From positions 5,704,001 to 5,768,000 of the forward strand of contig OX597832.1 in NCBI GenBank assembly GCA_951406725.2: a stretch of 64,000 bases of DNA, written 5' to 3'. Origin of the DNA: Octopus vulgaris (lineage: Eukaryota). Positions 53,651 to 64,000 of this stretch are shown in pieces (position 1 is the stretch's first letter; every line of letters starts with the position of its first letter). A program made the translations under genes and the position numbers. The notes beneath the pieces are model-generated. The model saw only the letters and a list, made by a program, of their open reading frames with translations. It was not told where the DNA came from and made no database searches.

Positions 53651-55080
53651 GTGCTGTGGGCACATGACAAACACCATCCGATCGTGGCCGTTCGCCAGCC
53701 TCATCTAGCACCTGTGTCGGTGGCACATAAAAACACCATCCGAAGACCCGGCAAGACTAGTCAGGCCATAACCCATGGCCCCTACCTGGGACGTAGTCAG
53801 TCCACCTGTGCATACCTTCCTTCTTGTGACACTTGTGAAGACCTGTTGAGGCAAGTGAAAATCACAATCAAAATCAAAACAAATCAAAATAGATGAACAT
53901 CAATGGAATCTGTATCTTTGTGGTACCAGTGCCGGTGGCACACAAGAGAACCATCCGAACGTGGCCGTAGCCAGTTCCGCATCGACCGGCCTCCGTGCTG
54001 TGGGCACGTAACAAACACCATCCGATCATGGCCGTTCGCCAGCCTCATCTGGCACCTGTGTCGGTGGCACATAAAAACACCTTCCGAAGACCCGGCAAGA
54101 CTAGTCAGTCCACCTGTGCATACCTTCCTTCTTGTGACACTTGTGAGGCACATAAAAACACCTTCCGAAGACCCGGCAAGACTAGTCAGTCCACCTGTGC
54201 ATACCTTCCTTCTTGTGACACTTGTGAAGACCGGTTGAGGCAAGTGAAAATCAAATCAAATCAAATCAAAATAGACAAAATAGATGAACATCAATGGAAT
54301 TTGTATCTTGTGGTACCAGTGCCTGTGGCACACAAGAAATCCATCAGTGCTGTAGTCAGTGCGGTGGGCACATGACAAACACCATCCGATCGTGGCCATT
54401 CGCCAGCCTCATCTAGCACCTGTGTCGGTGGCACATAAAAACACCATCCGAAGACCCGGCAAGACTAGTCAGGCCATAACCCATGGCCCCTACCTGGGAC
54501 GTAGTCAGTCCACCTGTGCATACCTTCCTTCTTGTGACACTTGTGAAGACCTGTTGAGGCAAGTGAAAATCAAAACAAATCAAAATAGATGAACATCAAT
54601 GGAATTTGTATCCTTGTGGTACCAGTGCCGGTGGCACGTGGCACACAAGAAAACCATCCGAACGTGGCCGTAGCCAGTACCGCATCGACTGGCCTCCGTG
54701 CTGTGGGCACGTAACAAGCACCATCCGATCGTGGCCGTTTTGCCAGCCTCATCTGGCACCTGTGTCGGTGGCACATAAAAACACCATCCGAGCGTGGCCG
54801 TCTGCCAGCCTCGTCTGGCACCTGTGTCGGTGGCACATAAAAAACACCATCCGAGCGTGGCCGTTTGCCAGCCTCGTCTGGCACCTGTGTCGGTGGCACA
54901 TAAAATCACCCACTACACTCTCGGAGTGGTTGGCGTTAGGAAGGGCATCCAGCTGTAGAAACACTGCCAGATCTGACTGGACTGGTGCAGCTTTCGGGCT
55001 CCCCAGACCCCAGTTGAACCGTCCAACCCATGCTAGCATGGAAAGCGGACGTTAAATGATGATGATGATGATGATGATGA
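53651..55080 (+). repeat. Long (GAT)n-tailed retroposon 3' region (family C, probably an RTE-LINE 3'UTR) with internal tandem array
   Basis: Ends ..GGAAGGGCATCCAGCTGTAG..GGACGTTAAATGATGATGAT. Variably 5'-truncated copies at 3952-4196, 5546-5874, 13830-13971, 20903-21268, 33428-33675, 36190-36430, 38617-39000, 51207-51342, 58450-58737. Confidence 0.8.
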
Positions 55081-55155
55081 TATATATGTGTGTGTGTGTG
55101 TGTGTATGAATGTATAATGCTTAATTCAGTTGCATCAGTTTCTTGTTATTCTTGC

Positions 55156-55204
<49 letters not shown>

Positions 55205-55215
55205 TACACATATAT

Positions 55216-55255
<40 letters not shown>

Positions 55256-55257
<2 letters not shown>

Positions 55258-55487
55258 TTTTCTTTACTACCCACAAGGGGCTAAACACAGAGGGGACATA
55301 CAAGGACAGACAAAGGGATTAAGTCGATTATATCGACCCCAGTGCGTAACTGGTACTTAATTTATCGACCCCGAAAGGATGAAAGGCAAAGTCGACCTCG
55401 GCGGAATTTGAACTCGGAACGTAACGACAGACGAAATACGGCTACGCAGGTCGCCCGGCGTACAAACGTTTCTGCCAGCTCGCCGCC
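55256..55487 (-). mobile_element. tRNA-derived SINE family B
   Basis: GGCGGCGAGCTGGCAGAAAC..GAGTTCAAATTCC head and core GCCTTTCATCCTTTCGGGGTCGATAAATTAAGTACC. Other copies at 6567-6769, 5075-5250, 12800-12975, 18320-18490, 22100-22275, 49470-49630. Confidence 0.85.
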
Positions 55488-55540
55488 TTGTATATATATA
55501 TATATGATGGGAGATGATATAAGAGTATATATATATATAT

Positions 55541-55957
55541 ACTCTTTACTCTTACTCTTTACTCTTACTTGTTTCAGTCATTTGACTGCGGCCATGCTGG
55601 AGCACCGCTTTAATCGAGCAACTCGACCCCGGGACTTATTCTTTGTAAGCCCAGTACTTATTCTATCGATCTCTTTTGCCGAACCGCTAAGTGACAGGGA
55701 CATAAACACACCAGCATCGGTTGTCAAGCAATACTAGGGGGACAAACACAGACACACAAATACACACACACATACATATATATATACATATATACGACAG
55801 GCTTCTTTCAGTTTCCGTCTACCAAATCCACTCACAAGGCATTGGTCGGCCCGGGGCTATAGCAGAAGACACTTGCCCAAGATGCCACGCAGTGGGACTG
55901 AACCCGGGACCATGTGGTTTATTAGCAAGCTACTTACCACACAGCCACTCCTGCGCC
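55541..55957 (-). mobile_element. SINE family A, young CpG-rich copy
   Basis: Reverse complement of the 31327 element, with CpGs retained. Confidence 0.85.
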
Positions 55958-56194
55958 TATATATATATACAGTATTTTAAAATCTGAAAGAAGCAGGCTT
56001 TTGTTAGAGGACCACTAAACTCTAAGTTGCATGGAGCTGAATCAAACTGTTTTAAGAAATAAACTCCTACAAATGTGTTGAGTGCCCTTCCACTTTCCAT
56101 GCTGGCATGGGTTAGATAGTTTGACTGAGAACTGGCAAGCCAGGAGGCTTTGTAGTACCTTTTGTACCCACTGGTCATGCTCTTGTGTTTTTCC

Positions 56195-56228
<34 letters not shown>

Positions 56229-58870
56229 TTTTCATGTGAAATGACAACTTCATGAATAAAATGACAAAAGGACAGCAACACATGGCAAGACACTTTACAA
56301 TAGAAAATCTACTTAACTGAAGCAAACATGGAAAGCAAAACATACATAAAGGATGATGCTGCACCAACTGATGATGACGATGATGATGATGATGACAATG
56401 CTGATGATGACAATAATGATGATATAAAAATAAAAATAGAATTTCAAAAAATATACAGGTGTAAATTAATATTTCCATTTGTTGTATGGTAACAATTTAA
56501 TATTCATTTTGACTCATTAGATTATCCTCTTAATGAGTAGAGTCCATGAGCTCATTCTATTTTATTTATATCATTAATGCTCTATAAAAAGAGGCATGAA
56601 TGTTTTATCATAATGTACCTTTTAAAATAAATCTTGTGGCTACATAAAAATAAATGAATCAATATATCAACATAGGTGCAAGCATAGCAGTGTGGTAAGA
56701 AGCTTGCTTCCCAACCACATGGTTCTGAGTTCAGTTCCACTGCGTGGCCAATTGGGGCAAGTGTCTTGTACTATAGCTTCAGATTCACCAAAGCGTTGTG
56801 AGGGGATTTGGTAGACAGAAACTGAAAGAAGCCCATCATATATATATATACGAGTATATATACATATATATCTATGTCTGTGTGTCTTTGTGTCTGTGTT
56901 TGTCCCTCACCCCACCATCGGTTGACAACCAATGTTGGTGTGTTTTATTTCCCCATAACTCAACAGTTTGACAAAAGAGGCTGATAAAAGATGTACTAGG
57001 CTTACAAAGAATAAGTCCTGGGGTTGATTTCTTCAACCCTTTAAGGTGGTGCTCCAGCATGGCTGCAGTCAAATGACTGAAAGAAGTAAAAGAGTATCTG
57101 TTGACTGTTGTGGAGTTCTAGACTAAGAGAGCCTCAACCACCTAAATGAGGTCTTAGAAGTGCTGACCAATGACATAAAGCACTGACAGTGCCTATTCCT
57201 TAGAATCTTCTACTATAGCCTCAGGCCGACCAAAGACTTGTGAGTGGATTTAGTAGATGGAAACTGAAAGAAGCTCATTGTATATATGTATATACATATA
57301 TGTGTGTGTGTGTGTGCATTTTTCATGTGAAATGACAAATTCACGAATGAAATAACAAAGGACTGCAACACATGGCAAGACACTTTACAATAGAAAATTT
57401 GCTATTCATTTTGACTCATTAGATTCTTGTCTTAATGAGTAGAATCCATGAGCTCATTCTATTTTATTTATATCATTAATGCTCTATAAAAAGAGGCATG
57501 AATATTTTAACATAGAGAATGTGTGTGTGTATGTGTGTGTGTGTGTGTGTGTGTATGTTTGTCCCCCACCACTGTTTCACAACTGGTGTTGGTGCGTTTA
57601 CATCCCCGTAACTTAGTGGTTCGGCAAAAGAGACCAATAGAACATGTACCAGACTTAACAAAATTAAGTACTGGGATTGATTCATTTGAGTAAGAATTCT
57701 TCAAGGTGGTGCCCCAGCATGGCTGCAGCCTAATGACCGAAACAAGTAAAAGATAAAATATAAAGAGCATCATCATTTATATATTTGCTTATCCATGCTT
57801 GCATGGGTTAGACAGATTTCCTCTCGCAAAGTGTCTTGCCATATGTTGCAGTCCTTTGTTATCTCTTTCAGGAAGCTCAGCTTCTTGACAGCAGCATTAT
57901 TTATGCTGACATATAAATACACACACACACACACACACACAACGCCCCTCCCCTAAGCATATATAATATTTTACCCACAATTCCCATTAATGGACCCACA
58001 AATGAGCTTGTATATGGTTTCTCAACATGCTTGAAAGAAAAGCTAACTTCCCTGAAATCACACACAATATGCAATCTTTTGAAAAAGGATAATCTTGGAT
58101 TATCCTTTTTTGAAAAAGGATAATCCTAGATTATCTTTTCTTGAAGAAGGATAGTCATAGATAAACAAGAGCAAAAAAGCATAGTCACAGCTGGAATATC
58201 TTGAATCATAGGTCACTCAGTGATATAGAGCTAAACATTAACAATAACAAAATAATCTCATATTTGTGCCAACTCTTTACAGGGTGTGGCTGCATGGTAA
58301 GAAGCTTGCTTCCCAACCGCATGGTTCTGGGTTCAGTCCCACTGAGTTGTACTTTGGGCAAGTGTCTTCTACTATAGCCTCAGGCTGACCAAAGCCTTGT
58401 GAGTGGATTTGGTTGATGAAAACTGAAAGAAGTCCATTACATACATAGTGCCGCCTGGCTGGCTCCCGTGCTGGTGGCAAGTAAAAAGGACCATTCGAGC
58501 ATGGTCAATACCAGTGCTGCCTAACTGGCCCTCATGCTGCTGGCACATAAAAAAAAACACCCACTACACTCTCAGAGTGGTTGGCATTAGAAAGGACATC
58601 CAGCTGTAGAAACCTTACCACATCAGATTGGAGCCTGGTGCAGCCTCCTGGCTTGCCAGTCCTCAGTCAAACTGTCTAACCCATGCCAGCATGGAAAGTG
58701 GACATTAAACGATGATGATGAAGATGATGATGATGATAACGAGTGACCAAACAAAAGAGAAGGGCACTCAACACCTTTGTAGGAGTTAAATGTATTATTT
58801 AAAGCAGTTCGATTCAGCTCCATTTTAGTGGTCCTCTAACAAAAGCCTGCCTCTTTCAGGTTTTAAATTA

Positions 58871-58939
<69 letters not shown>

Positions 58940-59864
58940 AGTACGTATGTGTGTGTGTGTGTGTGTGTGTGTGTCTTTTGATGGTGTTCATTCCCACAGC
59001 CAGTGCTGGTGTGTTTACATCCCTGTAACTTGGAGTTTGGCAAAAGAGGCTGATAGAATGAGTACCAAGCTTTAAAAAATTCAGGTATTGTGGTTCATTC
59101 ATTCAACTAAAAATTCTTCAAAGGAGTGCCTCAGCATTGCCACAGTCTAATGACTGAAAGAAGTAAAAGATAAAATGAAAGATGATTACTGAGTAAGGCT
59201 ATTACACTGAGTGATCACTGCTGTTAACTATTATAAATGACAATTCAGTGTTACTGTATACATAGTTTCTTATCATAATGTTTAGTTACAGAGAAAGACT
59301 CAGCTGATGCATGTTAGAGCAATAAATTTCAAGCAATAAATTTCAATGATAATTATTATTTATTTGCCACCAGGGTGAAGGATGAGGGGGGACAATACAA
59401 AACAGACATAAGTGTGGGGGTTTATATATAATGAAATGATAAAATATATAAATGATAATAATAAAGGAGTAAGTATACATGGTATACAGTGAAAAAGAAG
59501 GGAAATATACATAGTTTACAAAGGTTAACAGAAACAAGTGTGCAGGGTTGATAGAGATGTCCTCCTGGTTCAGGATGACCTCTAGAGATAACTGAGGAAC
59601 CTTACTGTCCAAGATCTGAAAAGGTGGTAGTAGTACCAATAACTGTCATAACCCTGGGAACAGTGAGTAAAAATCTTGAGAAGTACATGGAACAAATAGG
59701 GGCTGCAATAAGGGTTGAGCGCTTGCAGAAAACAGCATTGCTTGGAACCACTTGAATACTCCGGATGGTGCTTGAAAAATAAGAGGTGTTACCTTAGTTC
59801 ACTGGTGGTGAACAGCTGGCACTATACTACATCTCCGGTGTTAGAAGCTGTGCAAAGACAATAA

Positions 59865-59901
<37 letters not shown>

Positions 59902-60913
59902 GTGAATGCCCTGAAGCAATACCAGGTACTTGCTCACATAGCTTCTGATTTTAACTGATTAGAAGTGTTATCATGTACATGTTTTGTCTTGGTGTAGAAG
60001 TTAGGCTACAGCAAATATTCTGCTCAATACTACGGTTTTGTTTGTCATTTGTTTGACCTTCACCAGTTGAGCATGTCCCTTAATGGCTGACAAAATGTGC
60101 ATCATGAGCAGAAGTAGTGGGGAAGCATCATAACCCTATGCTGAAAGGAATTCTTTGGGGTTTGAATAAAACACCTCTGGAAACAAGTGTTTCATTTAAA
60201 ATCCTTAAACAGCCCTTATTCAGAGACCTATTTGAGTGGGATGGGCTACTTGATCTGAAGAAAATTCTAACTTTGCCTCACCTGCAAGATCATGCACTGT
60301 TTATCTTGATATGAAATCACTCTGTCATGCAAATATGGTTGTGATGTATGCTCCTGGTGTACTCTTATCAGATGGGTAGTACTGATGGGTAAATTGGGGT
60401 TCGTATATTTGTACCTGCTCTCTCACTCAATAATAATCATAATAATAACAATGTTTGACAGTATAGCAACAACAAAAATGCTTCTATAAAAGAACTATGT
60501 GTCAACATATTTAATGCATGGAAGAAAAAGAAATCTAAAATAGGATACAAACAATATGTATGAGAGAAGGGAAGCTTACTTGTGACTAATATTTTCCCAT
60601 TATTTATCATGTACAAAAAACAAGCCAGACATGTTTCAACTTATTTGAGCATTTTCATAAGCTTGTACCTGCTATAACTTCTTTAAGTGGTAGCAAATGA
60701 ATCACTTTGTATATATGCCCAAAAATATATATTTTCTGGCTATTCTGAGATGTCATTTGCATGATAAACAATAGGTCAGTAGATTTCAGCATATTTAATG
60801 CATGGAACAATGAAGACCTAAAGTTGAATAAAATACGCAGTGATTAAATAATATTTTGCCAATTTTTCTTTCATCCCGTGCTAGCACGGAAAACGGACGT
60901 TAAACGATGATGA

Positions 60914-60966
<53 letters not shown>

Positions 60967-61155
60967 ACAGACTTCTTTCCATTTCAGTCAATCAAATCCA
61001 CTGACATGGCTTTGGTCTACCCAAGGTTATAGAAGTCACTTGCCCAAGGTGCCATGCAGTGGGACTGAACCTGGAAGCATGTGGTTAGGAAGCGAAGCAA
61101 GCTTCTTACCACACAGCCCTACCCATGCCTATATATATATATATATATATATACA

Positions 61156-63550
61156 CTAGCAGAAATTCCTGTCATTGACTGGGTTCAGAAAGACCCTTCA
61201 AAAATTATACCCTGATTTATGAAAGTTACTGCTTCAATATTATTGAAAGTTGAATGTTTTGTAGTGGAATATCTGCAAGCTCTTATTACCAGGCTTCTAC
61301 CCCAAAAGTTATAATATAGTCTAATATACTATTGAACTCAATACTCATTTATCCTAATAAAAATATTGTTCCCAATCATTCAGATGATAAATCTCTATGC
61401 TTTCTTATAACTCAAAAGAAAGGAATGCCAGCTTTTGTGTAAAAGAGGTTCTTCCATTAACCAGATATAATCATGGTTGCATACAAACTCCTTATTCTTT
61501 ATCTCAATATTCTGATTTATAAATTGAAGCAACCATCACATAGACTGCAGCTTCGGCATATAGAATGCAGGTAAATAAAAGCTTGAGGAAAATTATAAAG
61601 ATATACACATTGCAATGTTTATTCAAGAATCACAACAACAAACACAAACAATTAAATATATATTATCATAGTAATGTAACATCTTCATTATAACTATTTA
61701 TGATGCTTAACAAATCAAGTATGATGCTGGAAAACTTTATACCAAGGACATTGGCTGCATAAAGATATAAATAGGTTTTTAAAAATAAAGAAAGTAAAGC
61801 AATTAGAATTGAAAGATGAGAAATAATTAAAACTCTGAAACATGATGATATATGAAGAATTTCAAGAAAAAATAATTATATAGGTAATAATAGATCTCCA
61901 AAATGATGATGGAATGATTTTACTAATGGGTTACTCATAACCTTAAAGATTATACAAAACAATTCTATTACAGGTAAAAAAAAAAAAAACCACATAGAAG
62001 CAGCTTTTCATATTATCAGGGTTTGATGTTGAGAGTCTCATTATAAATATATTGAACAATGTATTGGGTTGTCCAGAAAGTTCATGCCGATTTTTAAAGG
62101 AAAGAAAAAGGTCAATAAATACCTGCCATTACATTTTTAATCAACTAAATATGAATCATTTTGTTGCACAATGCGTCTCCATATTTCCTTTAACTTGAAA
62201 ATACCTTCTTCCCAGAATTGAGGTGGTTTCATGGCAAAGAATTCATCAAGGTAACTTTTTACGTCATCCAAGGAATTGAAATTTTTACCATTAAGACTAT
62301 TCTGCAGAGACCTGAATAAGTGGAAATCCGAAGGAGCAATATCTGGTGAATATGGAGGGTGGGGTAACACATCCCAGCTGAGCTCCAGCAATTTTTTCTG
62401 GTTCCCAAAGCATCAAGTGCTGAAAATGAACTTTCGTATCTTCCATTTTAAAGGGTTACAGAATTAACACAGGTTATAGGAACATAAACCCTCTTCCACG
62501 AAAAGATAGCTTAAACTCTGCTTTAAATGGAGGTGTAGTAAAATCTTATTTTATGGACTCAACCATGTTCTAAAATAAGTCGAAAGGTAAGCTACTATAA
62601 ATCGGCATGAACTTTCCAGACAACCCAATACAATTATTAGTTTGTTAATCACTCAGAACAAACTTCCTTATAGACAATATCTTGAGTTTTACCATTAGGG
62701 GCAAATGCGAAAAGGTTTTTCTTACTCCCTACTCTAGAAGCACCGACATATAGCTGTCCATGTGAAAAACAATCCTCTTCTAAAGGCAAACCACCAACTT
62801 GTAGTGTCTGACCTTGTGACTTATTGATAGACATTACAAAAGACAAACTTATGGGAAACTGAAGTTGTTTGAACTCAAAGGGCATGTTGGGAGGTATTAA
62901 AGGAATATCTTTTGTGCTAGCATGTAGGTGAAATATGTAAGTCAAACATGGATAAAAAACAGCTTTTTTATAAAATTATATATTATTTTGACACAGAACT
63001 ACTCGCTGTCGATTGTTATATTGGTATACACTCAGCTGATAAGACAGGTGTTCAGACTGATGGTGATATGGTAAACTAAGTATGTTTTGCTTATTAAAAT
63101 ATTCCTTTTCTAATGCGAAGTCTATAATGAGATATGCATCGTTGAAGTTTTGTAGTGCACTTATTCCAAGAATACATACTTAAATTTTATGTATCTTTAA
63201 TGGAAAGGGGATGTATTTGCGCTTTCAAAGGGGCTCTGTCCTGTGTTATAAACCACATTAGGGGGGTTAAATAATATTATGAGATGGAGAAATTTTGGAA
63301 ATCGTCTTTATCTAGTACCTAGTAGTTATGTTATTTTCATTAAAATTGGTGGTATTTGAAATTTCACAGGGGCTGTTTTCCCCCCTTTAAGCTCCCTAAT
63401 CACAATGGAAAGTAAGTTTTATGTAGCTTATTATCTTTCTTGTAAAATTGTACATGAGAACACATACTTTGTTTTTATGTGTCTTCTATTCCTTTTCGTC
63501 CTATAGATGTACAGACACACAGGCACACAAACGTTGAGCTTTATTGTAGA
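61156..63550 (-). mobile_element. Non-autonomous Helitron with a Pif1 helicase remnant
   Basis: 5' TCTACAATAAAG at 63550; 3' subterminal hairpin then CTAG|T at 61159-61155. Peptide QFPISLSFVMSINKSQGQTL..FSHGQLYVGASRV (62649-62945). Sits in (TA)n. Confidence 0.85.
62064..62628 (-). mobile_element. Mariner deletion derivative nested in the Helitron
   Basis: TA-flanked TIRs TTGGGTTGTCCAGAAAGTTCATGCCGATTT / AAATCGGCATGAACTTTCCAGACAACCCAA. Peptide PHPPYSPDIAPSDFHLFRSLQN; the transposase N-terminus is fused directly to this C-terminal part. Confidence 0.92.
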
Positions 63551-63747
63551 AATATATATACATATATATATGTATACATATATATATATATATGCATATA
63601 TATATATATACATGTATATATATATATATACATATAAATATATATATATATATGCATATATACATATGTATATATATACATACATAAATATATATACATA
63701 TATGCATATATACATATGTATATATATACATACATAAATATATATGC

Positions 63748-63778
<31 letters not shown>

Positions 63779-63817
63779 TATATACATATATATACTTATA
63801 TGTATGCACACACACAA

Positions 63818-63852
<35 letters not shown>

Positions 63853-63950
63853 CACACATATATATATCTATATATACACATATACATATATACATATATG
63901 TACATACACACACACACTTATATATAAATACATACATACATACATATACA
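63551..63950. repeat. Compound (TA)n/(CA)n/(TACA)n microsatellite
   Basis: Seen directly. Similar tracts at 29370-29490, 37320-37470, 39997-40112, 51345-51570, 52870-52990, (CT)n 27560-27606 and (GA)n 34190-34268. Confidence 0.95.
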
Positions 63951-64000
63951 TCTATATTTGTGTTTCATGCTGTTCATTTTAAGACCTACTGCTAATCTCT

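Noticed and set aside
53651-55055. Overlapping ORFs and CRISPR-like periodicity
   Set aside because: This is a tandem array within a retroposon; there are no unique spacers or cas genes and the context is eukaryotic.
56328-56470. Asp-rich (+) or His-rich (-) ORF
   Set aside because: It is a decayed (GAT)n retroposon tail.

Overview
AT-rich, microsatellite-dense eukaryotic DNA whose SINE/LINE content is typical of an octopus (cephalopod) genome; the taxon is an inference. One host gene can be reconstructed: a 7-exon, minus-strand calcium- and integrin-binding (CIB) EF-hand gene (CDS 27374->1730, 187 aa) whose intron 4 most likely uses a GC donor. The rest is nested mobile DNA: a 5'-truncated CR1-type LINE with an intact APE-RT ORF2 and a G_GGA_AAC slippery site at the ORF1/ORF2 junction; decayed CRE-, RTE-, R4/Dong- and Tx1-like LINE pieces; an internally deleted 2-LTR gypsy element with TSD plus a separate gag relic; mariner and Tc1-like derivatives; a Helitron; Penelope-like (PLE) GIY-YIG fragments; and several SINE families. 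The strongest unexplained signal is a set of about eight minimal hammerhead-ribozyme-like motifs. They have palindromic stem III, covarying stem I and variant cores (one with a G3-C8 swap), and several sit in fold-back elements at microsatellites, one of them carrying a tRNA-like head. Young inverted duplications of flanking DNA also occur at (TA)n tracts. Nearly all short ORFs in the track are microsatellite or repeat noise. Repeat boundaries were read by eye and are approximate unless a TSD or TIR is cited.
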